From: an uncultured Dehalococcoidia bacterium
GTDB lineage: Bacteria; Chloroflexota; Dehalococcoidia; Lucifugimonadales; CAJWER01
Reading direction: 5' to 3'
Assembly (NCBI GenBank): GCA_964608025.1
Contig: CAZSLO010000012.1
Coordinates: forward strand, 6,347-70,346
DNA: 64,000 bases
A program made the position numbers and the translations under genes. The first letter of the stretch is position 1. The number at the start of each line of letters is the position of its first letter. Below, in pieces: positions 8,243 through 17,517 of the stretch. Below the pieces are notes generated by a model, which worked only from the letters and a program-made list of their open reading frames with translations, made no database searches and had not been told where the DNA came from.

Positions 8243-11145
8243 TTATTGTCGAGCCATTTCCGGATCTCTTCAGGCATTTCATACGTTTTGGGGGTTTTGA
8301 AATCCGAGATAGGAAGTGATGCAATAAATTCTTTGCCGTAGCCTCGGGAAGCTACTCTACTATCTAGTATTACGAAAACACCTCGATCGCTCTTGGTACG
8401 GATGAGTCTGCCGAAGCCCTGGCGCAATCGGAGAATTGCTTGTGGAAGGGCATATTCATTAAATGCACTCTCGTACTGCTCTGACCTCGCGGAAAATACG
8501 GGATCACTTGGTACCGAAAACGGTAATTTGGCTACTAATAACAATCGAAGGGAGTCCCCAGGAAGATCAACGCCTTCCCAAAATGAAGATGTTCCCAGCA
8601 ACAATGATTTGGGATTATCTATGAATTTACGCAACAGTTGATATGGTGCACCATTTATGCCTTGGGATAAGATTTCTATCCCATGGGCCTCCATGTTGTC
8701 TCTTATGGCCTTGGATGCATTCTGAAGCGATGAGTAGGAGGTAAAGAGTGCCATTGTTGCACCTCCTGCTGCAATAGTCATATCCATAATAGCCTGCTCT
8801 ATTGCGGCTTGATATTCCCAGGAATTCGGTGCTGGAAGGTCTTTGGGAACGCAAACCAAGGCAGAATTTTCATAATCGAAGGGAGAACCCAGGAGTCGTT
8901 CTTTTGAATCTTTAAAACCAGTACGTTCAGATATATGTTTAAAATTGCCCTTTGTGCTGAGGGTAGCAGAGGTTAGAATCATAGATCGCCGTTGTGAATA
9001 GAGATGTTTCTCCAATTGATCTCCAACGTGAAGTGGGGCATTGTTAAGGAATATTGTGGTGGATCGATTCGAGCGACTTAACCAGTAGATACCGTCGGAT
9101 GCCGGGTCAGAAATAGCTTCTTGTAGGTGCTGCTTGAACACGCTAACACGCTCTCGAATGCTGTGTATTTCAATCAGAAGCGACTCATAGTCCAATATTC
9201 CTGAGTCAGATAGAGTTTCAAAGTTAGCGATAAGAGCAGATATGACCAAGTCAAGTTCAACTAGGGCAACGTCGGTTTTATCCCATTGAATCTCTATTAA
9301 GGACCATTCAGGTTGAACCCGAGTGCCAGTAGTTATAGGCATTTCATAGGCAAAGCCAGAATGGGTATTGTCTCTCGGTCCCATAAAACCCTCAATAGCG
9401 CCAAACATTGTTGCGGTCGCCTCTCGTACTTTGGGTAGAATAGAGATTATTCTTTGGGAGACTTCGTTTAAAGATTTGCGTCGTGTTTGAGCTAGGGAGG
9501 ATATCCGTAGTGAAGGAGTCAATTTATTAAGTATGCCGTGCTCTCCGTCCAATAAATTTATAGCCTCACTGATTTCAGCATAGCTGGTTTGGAATCCTAG
9601 ATGATTGGTAGCAACGTCTTCTAAGTGTTGGGCCTCGTCAACGATTAGGACATCATGCTCAGGGATGATAGCCTTACCCGCAGTAATGTCAGTAATCAAT
9701 AACGCGTGGTTTACTATGATCAGATGCGCTGCTGCCGCACGATCTCTGGCAGCGCGTAAGAAGCATGTCCCGTCGATTCCAGTACATTCTGAAGCACCTT
9801 GAGCGGAAACTTTCTCCCAAGATTCTAAACCTCGTCTAGCGAGATTCAATTCGCTTTTGTCACCTGCTGCAGTGGTTTTTGTCCAAACTAGCAATTTCGA
9901 TAGCATCCGTGCCTCATCGACAGAAATGGTTTCATTGGAACGAAGATGGGACCATCTCTTGAGGCACAGGTAATTGTTCCGGCCTTTTAATTGGCTGTAT
10001 TTAAAATCACTAATCGAGACATCCGGTACATCTCTTAGAGAGGCTATTAAAGCTGGTAAATCTTTATTAATAAGTTGTTCTTGTAGATTGATCGTGTTGG
10101 TTGATACGACTACTCGGCGGTTATTCTTCAGGGCGTATAGGATAACGGGAAGAAGATACGCCATAGATTTCCCAACACCTGTTCCTGCCTCTACGATCAA
10201 GTGGGTACTTTCGTTAATAGCCTCGGTGACGGTTTTAGCCATCTCTATTTGCTCAACGCGTTCTTCGAAGTTGGCCATAGATTTCGATATAGGTCCACCT
10301 TCGCTCAATAGTGATACCACATGGTCTATATCCACTGACTGAGTAGTATTGTTGGGCTTTAGCACGGGTTGATGTTTTAACTTATTTCTAAGTTCTGACA
10401 CATCAATCCCGGTAAAATTCATCGGAGGCCAGTGATTGAGTTTCGAACCTGGTTCACGAGGTGTGGTGCCGGCATACTCAGACTGGAGATGTGCCACCAA
10501 TTTTCCGAGGATGAATGAAAGTATCCAAGAAGAACGGATCCCGAGAAGCTGCATTTCCATAAGTGTATATATATCGAGTGATTCCATATGGTCGACTAGT
10601 TCGCAAAATAAACGACTGGTTACAGTCGCATCTTCCAGCGCTCTGTGGGCGCGTTGTTGAGGTATGTTGAATGAGGAGGCTAACTTCTGCAGCGAGTACT
10701 CTGTACTTAATGGGCTAAGAACGTATGCTAGGTCCCATGTGTCTGTTTTTGGATTGCTGATTTCGAAGTCCTGAGCGGATAAAAAACCGAGATCGAAGTT
10801 TATGTTATGGCCTACGATTGGCAGGTCACCTATGAAGTCCTCTAGACTACCAGCGATACTGCTGAATAGAGGAGCGGTTTCGACCTCTTTTTGGGTGATT
10901 CCAGTAAACCGTCTTGTAAAAGAGCCCAGCTTCCGCTGTGGGTTAATTAGGGATTGGAATGTGTCCGAAATAGCTCTACCCTTGAACTTGACAGCACCTA
11001 TTTCAATAATTGTGTCTGATTCAGAGGAGAGACCTGTAGTTTCTACGTCTATTGACACCCATTCTTCTTCGAACGGATGAACACCGTTTTGCGCAGAGGA
11101 TTGAGTGTCAATTGTTGGAAAAGAGGGCTGAGGTCGGCTAGTCAC
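8239..11145 (-). CDS. dinG: DinG-family ATP-dependent helicase fused to an N-terminal DEDDh (DnaQ-like) 3'-5' exonuclease
   Basis: 968 aa. Exonuclease motifs VSIDVETTGL, GHNINFDLGFL, HRALEDA. Helicase Walker A EAGTGVGKSMAYLLP, DEAQHL box, C-terminal LRQGFGRLIR. Confidence 0.9.
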   Translation of the reverse strand: MTSRPQPSFPTIDTQSSAQNGVHPFEEEWVSIDVETTGLSSESDTIIEIGAVKFKGRAISDTFQSLINPQRKLGSFTRRFTGITQKEVETAPLFSSIAGSLEDFIGDLPIVGHNINFDLGFLSAQDFEISNPKTDTWDLAYVLSPLSTEYSLQKLASSFNIPQQRAHRALEDATVTSRLFCELVDHMESLDIYTLMEMQLLGIRSSWILSFILGKLVAHLQSEYAGTTPREPGSKLNHWPPMNFTGIDVSELRNKLKHQPVLKPNNTTQSVDIDHVVSLLSEGGPISKSMANFEERVEQIEMAKTVTEAINESTHLIVEAGTGVGKSMAYLLPVILYALKNNRRVVVSTNTINLQEQLINKDLPALIASLRDVPDVSISDFKYSQLKGRNNYLCLKRWSHLRSNETISVDEARMLSKLLVWTKTTAAGDKSELNLARRGLESWEKVSAQGASECTGIDGTCFLRAARDRAAAAHLIIVNHALLITDITAGKAIIPEHDVLIVDEAQHLEDVATNHLGFQTSYAEISEAINLLDGEHGILNKLTPSLRISSLAQTRRKSLNEVSQRIISILPKVREATATMFGAIEGFMGPRDNTHSGFAYEMPITTGTRVQPEWSLIEIQWDKTDVALVELDLVISALIANFETLSDSGILDYESLLIEIHSIRERVSVFKQHLQEAISDPASDGIYWLSRSNRSTTIFLNNAPLHVGDQLEKHLYSQRRSMILTSATLSTKGNFKHISERTGFKDSKERLLGSPFDYENSALVCVPKDLPAPNSWEYQAAIEQAIMDMTIAAGGATMALFTSYSSLQNASKAIRDNMEAHGIEILSQGINGAPYQLLRKFIDNPKSLLLGTSSFWEGVDLPGDSLRLLLVAKLPFSVPSDPVFSARSEQYESAFNEYALPQAILRLRQGFGRLIRTKSDRGVFVILDSRVASRGYGKEFIASLPISDFKTPKTYEMPEEIRKWLDNK

Positions 11146-11276
11146 GATGTTGTTGGCAGATGAATACTAAGTATGTCATGAATAGGGTTTATAGAAATAG
11201 TATGAATCTTATCAAGTTACCGACATGAGATGATTGGAGGTGTGTACTGCAATTGTATTGTTCCAAAATCATATGG

Positions 11277-11699
11277 TCAAACAGATTTTTTTGCCAAAAA
11301 TGGCAGGAGCCAACCAAAATTACCAACGAAAATCAAGGTGAGTATAGCTATGCTAATGTATGCTTGTCTTAGCAAGAATACTAGAGTGGAGCTTATGCCA
11401 ATACCAAAAATTACAGCACTGATACTGAATGCCATATTTTGGCTACCTAGGCCGGCCCCAGGGAACTCATTTATACTCATAGAATAGAGAAGTCCCGCTA
11501 TCCCACCCACCAAGATACATAGAGGATAAGAGACAACTACTAGCCCCATAGTAATGTATATTGGTGGCACCCGATCAATAAATGTTTTGAAGCTAGGCGT
11601 TGGGTTTTTTGCCAATAAAAAAATAGTGAATGGAACCACCGAGAGGGTGGCAGATGCCATGATTAGCCCGCTGAAAATCCCTGCAATTATGTAATTCAT
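11277..11699 (-). CDS. small integral membrane protein, function unknown
   Basis: About 140 aa from the ATG at 11699, which overlaps the ispE stop (ATGA). Four hydrophobic segments. The longer ORF from 11744 would overlap ispE by 49 nt. Confidence 0.6.
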   Translation of the reverse strand: MNYIIAGIFSGLIMASATLSVVPFTIFLLAKNPTPSFKTFIDRVPPIYITMGLVVVSYPLCILVGGIAGLLYSMSINEFPGAGLGSQNMAFSISAVIFGIGISSTLVFLLRQAYISIAILTLIFVGNFGWLLPFLAKKSV

Positions 11700-12568
11700 G
11701 AAATAATTTGGGGCTGAACTGTAGGGACGAGGTACGCATTCCAATCAGGCGTTCGGTTTAGCAGCAGCTTTATTGCGGTACCGTACTCTTTGTTAGGAAT
11801 CGGAGCATAAATAGACGGGCCACTGCCGGCAAGATGGATTTCTGTAACCCCGAGTTGGATAAGAGCATCCCAGTACTTGTGAAGATTCGGATACGCTTTC
11901 CGAGCGATTTGGTCAAAGGTATTAAATAGTAATTCTGATGGAACATCTCCGCCTCCTCGTATACGTGCCTCAAGCTTTCTTGTTAAAAAGCCCTTAGTAT
12001 AATGGGAAGGCTGAATCATCGAATACATAGTTTTGGTCTTATTGGTTATATGAATGTTGGGGCATATAAGGATGAACCATGTCGAATGTGCAGGCTGCAG
12101 CGCCCTGACTTGATCACCGTGTCCAGATACCATAGCTGTTCCGCCCTTGATGAAGAATGGAACATCCGAGCCTAATTTTACCGCTATTCTTATCAAATCT
12201 TCGTATGACATCTCTAGTTCCCATAAGCGGTTTAGACCGGACAGTACGGCAGCAGCATCGGCACTGCCTCCACCTAACCCAGCAGATATAGGGATTGATT
12301 TGTCTAGCTGGATTATAACTCCTTGGTGTTTTTGGGACTGCTCGGCCATGAGTTGTGCTGCCTTAACAGCAAGATTGCCGAATTCCGGCACTATGGGCAT
12401 GTTGGTTTTCAGGCTAATATCGTTAGCGGTTGTCAGTTTGATTGTGTCGTGAAGCCCGACTGTTTGGAGGATACTGACTATCTCATGGTATCCATCTTGA
12501 CGCTTGCCGAGAATCTCAACGGTCAGGTTAATTTTAGCGTGGGCCTTTAACTTGATAGTTGAGGCCAA
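11696..12568 (-). CDS. ispE: 4-diphosphocytidyl-2-C-methyl-D-erythritol kinase
   Basis: 290 aa, AHAKINLTVEILGKRQDGYHEI, GHMP-kinase loop PISAGLGGGSADAAA. Confidence 0.93.
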   Translation of the reverse strand: MASTIKLKAHAKINLTVEILGKRQDGYHEIVSILQTVGLHDTIKLTTANDISLKTNMPIVPEFGNLAVKAAQLMAEQSQKHQGVIIQLDKSIPISAGLGGGSADAAAVLSGLNRLWELEMSYEDLIRIAVKLGSDVPFFIKGGTAMVSGHGDQVRALQPAHSTWFILICPNIHITNKTKTMYSMIQPSHYTKGFLTRKLEARIRGGGDVPSELLFNTFDQIARKAYPNLHKYWDALIQLGVTEIHLAGSGPSIYAPIPNKEYGTAIKLLLNRTPDWNAYLVPTVQPQIIS

Positions 12569-13293
12569 TGATCTCTCCAGTATGGTTGGGGATTCTCTCC
12601 TGTTTCAATAACCATCTCATCAATAAATTGGCGAATTTGAAAAAGGCGACAATCGGCATCGCCAACATTACCCCGTACAACCGGCCCGATCGAGTCCCAA
12701 TAATCCCCTACTACAGGTCTGAGAATAGCGTTGAAGGGTGCGGAGTAATCTTTTTCGAGACGTTGGTTCCAATGGATCACTTCAACTAGGTGAATGTAGG
12801 TACATGTATCGTAGCCTGTCCCGATCATTAATAGCTTACCTTTGCTATTGTAAGCGCGATGCATAGGTGAGTTAGATCCAAATGTGCGTCCCCATGGATC
12901 AAGATCCCAGGGAGAACGATTGCCTATAAAGCTCCTGTGGCCTGAAACAAAAGATTCGGCATCTTTACCGCGACCTGTAACAGAGTGCGAGTAGTGGTCG
13001 GATCGAAACGTTCCTGGCATACGTCTAAAATATTCCGTTAGCCAGCCAACGGTAGAAGGGGTAATATAAAAATCCCATAGTTTATGACGTAGGGGCCTAT
13101 CAATAAGATTAAAGGCTGGCATCAATATGAGCCCGGTGTTTCCTACGGCATCTTCCAATGCCTTAATGACGGTTTGAGGTCCGCCATTCACCTGGCCAAG
13201 ACTCTTAAATGAGGAATGGATAAACAAAATATCACCAGGTAATACTCCTAGTTCAGTTAAATCTGCACTAATACTTTCTTTCGTATGTTCCAT
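12547..13293 (-). CDS. AAC(3)-family aminoglycoside N-acetyltransferase-like protein
   Basis: From MEHTKESISADLTELGVLPGDILFIHSSFKSLGQVNGGPQTVI..., then RSDHYSHSVTGRG. This matches the Antibiotic_NAT family pattern. The ATG overlaps the rsmA stop (TAATG) and the 3' end overlaps the ispE start by 22 nt. Confidence 0.8.
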   Translation of the reverse strand: MEHTKESISADLTELGVLPGDILFIHSSFKSLGQVNGGPQTVIKALEDAVGNTGLILMPAFNLIDRPLRHKLWDFYITPSTVGWLTEYFRRMPGTFRSDHYSHSVTGRGKDAESFVSGHRSFIGNRSPWDLDPWGRTFGSNSPMHRAYNSKGKLLMIGTGYDTCTYIHLVEVIHWNQRLEKDYSAPFNAILRPVVGDYWDSIGPVVRGNVGDADCRLFQIRQFIDEMVIETGENPQPYWRDHWPQLSS

Positions 13294-14102
13294 TATTCTG
13301 AACTTAAAAAATTGCGCCACTGCGAATAGAGCTGTCCCCATTCATCAAGACTTAGTGTTTGGGCGCGGCGTGTGGGATCGATTTCTACTGCGCGAAGCCT
13401 TTCTACTGATTCTTCTGTAGAGATTTGTAGGCCGTTAGCGAGCGAGTTTTTCAGTTGTTTCCGGGGGGTACTGAATCCTGCACGAACGATTTCGAAAAAA
13501 TCATTCGGGGATTCAAAGTCAATAGAAGGTTTTGGATATACGTTGATTTGGACAACTGATGACCATACCTTTGGAGATGGCCTAAAGGCTCGAGGGGCTG
13601 CGTGGCAAATCAAAGTGGGCTTCCCATAAACTTGGGTGGATACAGAGATAAGTCCCATTTTCCCTGGCATAGCGACCATGGCCTTTCCTACTTCGCGTTG
13701 TACCATAATCACCATGCGGGTAGGTTTATGAGATGCTTCGAGGAAGCGGCGTACTATTGGCGAGGCGGCGTAATAAGGTAGGTTGGCAACAATTTTGTAC
13801 TCAGTCTTGGGGTCCACAAAAGAGTCAATAGGTATTTCTCTTGCGTCAGCATGGATAATGCGGATATTTGGGTAAATATCCGCAAGTTTGGAGCATAGAG
13901 TTTTATCTAGTTCAATCGCAATCAAATCACCAGCAGATTGGGATAATAGTCCTGTTAGAAAGCCTCGGCCGGGTCCGATTTCCACAACCGTATCAATTTC
14001 CGAAAGCTCAGCAGCGGCAATGATACGCTTTCGTACACTTTGATCTACGAGAAAATTTTGGCCTAGGGCCTTCTTGGGCCTAGAAAACTTGGTTGTGGTC
14101 AC
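13293..14102 (-). CDS. rsmA: 16S rRNA (adenine1518/1519-N6)-dimethyltransferase
   Basis: 269 aa, LGQNFLVD, SAM site VVEIGPGRGFLT, NLPYY. Confidence 0.94.
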   Translation of the reverse strand: MTTTKFSRPKKALGQNFLVDQSVRKRIIAAAELSEIDTVVEIGPGRGFLTGLLSQSAGDLIAIELDKTLCSKLADIYPNIRIIHADAREIPIDSFVDPKTEYKIVANLPYYAASPIVRRFLEASHKPTRMVIMVQREVGKAMVAMPGKMGLISVSTQVYGKPTLICHAAPRAFRPSPKVWSSVVQINVYPKPSIDFESPNDFFEIVRAGFSTPRKQLKNSLANGLQISTEESVERLRAVEIDPTRRAQTLSLDEWGQLYSQWRNFLSSE

Positions 14103-14179
14103 TTGAGAGCGCTCCTAATAGTACTTTTCTCGGAAACGCCGTGATCGATTAAACAGTGTAAATACATCCAATAAAAATA

Positions 14180-14450
14180 GGCCGTGCACCTCCAGTTCGA
14201 TCTTCCCTCAAAGACTTACCATTTGGAGAGAGCTCAAATTAGGCTGGCCCACGGCACCCGGATTATACTGCTTACCGCTGCTTCCTTCCGGACCTGACGG
14301 GGTTCACAGGTTACCGCTGCGTGGGACCCAATTCTCAACACTACCTCACAAAGGCAGGGACATTGAAGGCAGTCCTCGTGGAGGAATTCAGCCTCGCTGG
14401 AGCGGATTGCGAGTTACAAGGCACCGCTATCTCCCCGCTTAGCACGGCCG
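14180..14450 (-). ncRNA. ffs: signal recognition particle RNA, large (Alu-domain, Bacillus-type) form, about 270 nt
   Basis: The minus strand carries GUCAGGUCCGGAAGGAAGCAGC (plus 14277-14300), the helix-8 GGAA tetraloop core as I recall it from E. coli 4.5S RNA. The 5' GGCCGUGC (14449-14442) pairs with the 3' GCACGGCC (14187-14180). A U-rich tail follows. The RNA lies in a 560-bp ORF-free gap. Confidence 0.85.
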
Positions 14451-14455
14451 AATCC

Positions 14456-14484
14456 ATACTAGATTAGGGAAGTGAGGCTGTCAA
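14456..14484 (-). promoter_or_regulatory. sigma70-type promoter for the SRP RNA
   Basis: Minus strand TTGACA (14484-14479), 17-nt spacer, TAGTAT (14461-14456). The -10 ends 6-7 nt upstream of the predicted RNA 5' end. Confidence 0.6.
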
Positions 14485-14662
14485 TCAAACGGGATTATTA
14501 ACATTGGCACATAGTCTTGAGATAACCTCTTATTGGGAGGGGGAGGGTGGCTAAAAGGTAATAATTGGTTTTCGAGAAATAAAAATCGCCGTGTGTGTAA
14601 CTATCGTAGGACCTTAAGCTATTAATAAGTGACTATCAACATTTTGGGAGATTGAATATCTC

Positions 14663-15028
14663 CTATTTTTTACGAAATATCTCCACTCCAGCGTAGTCTA
14701 AAATACTTCCTTTTATTGGAACCTCTGGTTTCTTGATAGACACTTTTACTGCATCAACATCGTGAATTTCTAAAATTTCTTTCGCGATTACTTCCGCTAG
14801 ATTCTCCAATAATTTTCGATTTGGACCTTCGATTACTTGTTTAGTAATACGGTAAAATTCTGAGTAACTAACCGTGTCTATCAAATTGTCTGATCTGCCT
14901 GCTGCACTTGTATCTTTATAGATCTCAATGTCTACTACGAATCTTTGGCCAACTTCTTGCTCAGCTGGGCGAGCACCGTGGTATCCGTAAAAGACCATGC
15001 CTTTCAATATAATCTTGTCTTTTAGCAA
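14663..15028 (-). CDS. folB: dihydroneopterin aldolase
   Basis: 121 aa, ILKGMVFYGYHGARPAEQEVGQRFVVDIE, typical FolB length and motif. Confidence 0.9.
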   Translation of the reverse strand: MLKDKIILKGMVFYGYHGARPAEQEVGQRFVVDIEIYKDTSAAGRSDNLIDTVSYSEFYRITKQVIEGPNRKLLENLAEVIAKEILEIHDVDAVKVSIKKPEVPIKGSILDYAGVEIFRKK

Positions 15029-15037
15029 AAAATCTCC

Positions 15038-15910
15038 TTAACCTTGATTTATACGTTCTACAAGATCAAGTACCCCTTGGGCACGCTTGACAATCGGTGT
15101 GTCTATCATGTTTCCATCAATCGATATGGCGCCTGTACCTTGGCGTTCTGCCAATTCAAATGCCTCGACAATTCGACGGGCATTGTCGACGGCCTTGCTT
15201 GATGGACTAAAGCTCTCATTGATCACCTTGATTTGCAGGGGATGGATTGCAAATCTACCCACGAATCCAAATTGTTTTGAGACCTCGTTCTCCTTGCGCA
15301 ATCCTATCTCGTTTCGGAAACTGACATAAGGAGTGTCTAGGGGTGTCACGCCTGCAGCTTTTGCCGCTGTGCAAACGGCAGCACGAGCGTATGCGATCTC
15401 GTTTCCATCTTCAGTACGCTCAATGGCCATGTCATTTGCGAAATCCTCGGCCCCGAAAGCCACGGCTATTACACGATGGGAAGATGAACTTATTTCGTAA
15501 GCGTGGAGTATCGATTTGGCGGTTTCTATCCATGGGATGAGTCGGATGACACCTCTGTCGATACCCTTATCGATTTCTATTTTGTCGATTGCTTCAGACA
15601 ATTCGTACATCTCTTTTGCCGAGTTTATCTTACCTATTGTTATTCCAAATATGCCTGGGATTATGAGTTCTGCGAGGTCTTTTTCTACTAGTCCTGAATT
15701 GATTGAGTTAACTCTTGGAATGATAGGGATACCAGTTTCTATAAGACGCGGTAAGAATGCTGATACTGTATCGCGTGCTGAGATCTTCTTATTGCAAGGC
15801 ACGGAATCTTCGAGATCGGGTACTATTGCGTCTGGAACCTGACCAAGTGCCTTTTCGAGCATACGAGGATTATTTCCGGGCACGAATAGGAGGCTTCTCA
15901 GGACTATCAT
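15038..15910 (-). CDS. HpcH/HpaI aldolase / citrate-lyase beta (CitE)-like lyase
   Basis: MIVLRSLLFVPGNNPRMLEKA...DAIVPDLEDSV... is the family pattern. I chose the ATG at 15910. The longest ORF (to 15997) adds 29 non-conserved residues and overlaps cofE. Confidence 0.8.
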   Translation of the reverse strand: MIVLRSLLFVPGNNPRMLEKALGQVPDAIVPDLEDSVPCNKKISARDTVSAFLPRLIETGIPIIPRVNSINSGLVEKDLAELIIPGIFGITIGKINSAKEMYELSEAIDKIEIDKGIDRGVIRLIPWIETAKSILHAYEISSSSHRVIAVAFGAEDFANDMAIERTEDGNEIAYARAAVCTAAKAAGVTPLDTPYVSFRNEIGLRKENEVSKQFGFVGRFAIHPLQIKVINESFSPSSKAVDNARRIVEAFELAERQGTGAISIDGNMIDTPIVKRAQGVLDLVERINQG

Positions 15911-15983
15911 TGGATTTTGCACCTGCAGAGGATAAGGAGCAGTGGTCGAGTATATCATGTGATGCCGAGACTGGCAGATGTGA

Positions 15984-16805
15984 TTGTTGACACTCACAAT
16001 ACCCGGTGATTATATACGTGGGACAACTTCAATATTGATCGTGATTACCCCGAGGATTGAGTTCATAGGTGTAACCGGACTTCCGGAGATTGAGCCTGGC
16101 GCTTGTGTTGGAAGGCTCGTTGCCGAAGCTTGTGAAGCTCAGGAAACCCCTCTTAGGCCTGGGGATCTGTTGGTTGTTACACAAAAGATAGTATCTAAGT
16201 CTGAGGGTAGGATAGCTAATCTTAGTGATGTGATCCCTTCTACATTCGCAAATGAATTTGCGAATCAGAGTGGACGAGATCCTAGGCTTATTGAAATCGT
16301 ACTTCGTGAAAGCAAAAATATTGTTAGGGCCGATTCCGAAAGGGGCATTTTGATCGTGGAAACCCGCCACGGCTTGATTTGTGCTAACGCAGGCGTGGAT
16401 TCCTCCAATGTGTTGGGTGAGGAAATTGTAGCATTGCTACCTGAAGATCCAGACCGTTCAGCCAGTGATATCCGGCGTGATCTTCTGAAAGCAACCGGAA
16501 TAGACATACCGGTTATCATCTCTGACACTTTTGGCAGGCCATGGCGAGAGGGACATGTCAACTTTGCCATAGGAATGTCGGGGATTGAGCCGTTCAAAGA
16601 TTATCGTGGATTGCCTGATAGCACTGGAGAACGGATGGCTGTTACGAATATCGCAGAGATCGATGAAATAGCCGCCGCTGCCGAACTCGTTATGGGTAAA
16701 GTGGATGGAATCCCGGCGGCGATATTGAGGGGCCATTCTTATAGGACTGGGCACAGCGGCCATGCTCCATTATTAAGAGAACGCTCGATGGATCTTTTTC
16801 GGTAG
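15984..16805 (+). CDS. cofE: coenzyme F420-0:L-glutamate ligase (CofE/FbiB N-domain type)
   Basis: GLPEIEPGACVG..., VVTQKIVSKSEGR, ICANAGVDSSN, TFGRPWREG. The true start is probably internal (TTG 16035 or GTG 16041). Confidence 0.82.
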   Translation: MLTLTIPGDYIRGTTSILIVITPRIEFIGVTGLPEIEPGACVGRLVAEACEAQETPLRPGDLLVVTQKIVSKSEGRIANLSDVIPSTFANEFANQSGRDPRLIEIVLRESKNIVRADSERGILIVETRHGLICANAGVDSSNVLGEEIVALLPEDPDRSASDIRRDLLKATGIDIPVIISDTFGRPWREGHVNFAIGMSGIEPFKDYRGLPDSTGERMAVTNIAEIDEIAAAAELVMGKVDGIPAAILRGHSYRTGHSGHAPLLRERSMDLFR

Positions 16806-16815
16806 ACTAGTGGGT

Positions 16816-16850
16816 TACTGGTGCTGTTCATTCTTACAGCACCAGTATTT
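16816..16850 (+). terminator. rho-independent terminator after cofE
   Basis: TACTGGTGCTGT (16816-16827) pairs with ACAGCACCAGTA (16836-16847) around an 8-nt loop, followed by TTT. Confidence 0.65.
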
Positions 16851-17036
16851 AGGAAGCATTCTTATTTAAGGGCGAGAAATGTTTCGAATTTGTTGGTTCT
16901 TCTGGTCGTAGAGAGTCCCAGAAGTAATACTCTTCTTCTGAAGCATAGGTGTCGAGAGGGCTTTCTTGTATGACGTCTTAACTTGTCTGCCGTTGGACTG
17001 ACTGGTTATAGCGTGTTATACCAACGATATTCGGTT

Positions 17037-17297
17037 CTAAGCATCTTCATCTTCGATCCGAGGAGTTTGCTTGATGCCTACACTGGAGGGGCGGTTGATC
17101 TGTTCAGAAGAAACGGAGTTATCGTATCCCCAAGCGGAACCTTCTATGTAATTCGGGAAGTCTTTTTCTATTCCACATAGATGGCATATACCATGGCTTG
17201 AGGGTCCGTTGGGTGAGTCAATCATCCATTCGTGTTGACAAGTTTGTATTTCCAGTACTTCTGGCTCGGCTATGACCGATGATATTGAGGTTTCCAT
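17037..17297 (-). CDS. small Cys/His-rich (zinc-ribbon-like) protein with acidic tail, function unknown
   Basis: 86 aa. C-x-H ... C-x2-C arrangement (TCQHEW...HGICHLCG). C-terminus PRIEDEDA. GAGAAGGAGAA Shine-Dalgarno directly upstream. Confidence 0.6.
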   Translation of the reverse strand: METSISSVIAEPEVLEIQTCQHEWMIDSPNGPSSHGICHLCGIEKDFPNYIEGSAWGYDNSVSSEQINRPSSVGIKQTPRIEDEDA

Positions 17298-17517
17298 TTC
17301 TCCTTCTCTCTATGGTTCCACACGGTAAATTTTCGTGCGTCCTGATTTATTTGAATCAAATCACCTTATTTTGGCAGCAATTAAATATTCTCAAATCGTT
17401 TCCTAGGGTGTAAATAAGTTCAAGGGTGTCTAATTCCACGTTAAATTTAAATACAACGTGTTTCTAGGGCAGTGTGTTAAAGAGATTCTCCAGATCAGCT
17501 CTCAGATCTACAATAAT

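Noticed and set aside
14535-14550. G-run GGGAGGGGGAGGGTGG upstream of the SRP RNA promoter (possible G-quadruplex).
   Set aside because: Only three clean G3 tracts, a single occurrence, and no supporting context.
14647-14671. Hairpin GGAGAT-TGAAT-ATCTCC followed by TATTTTTT on the plus strand, overlapping the folB stop codon.
   Set aside because: The T-tract orientation fits a plus-strand terminator, but I find no plus-strand gene or promoter feeding into it. On the folB strand it lacks a U tract. Left as unexplained and weak.
15911-16034. Apparent head-to-head overlap of the citE-like and cofE ORFs (15984-15997).
   Set aside because: This is an artefact of taking the longest ORFs. Conserved N-termini indicate internal starts for both, which leaves a normal divergent promoter region.
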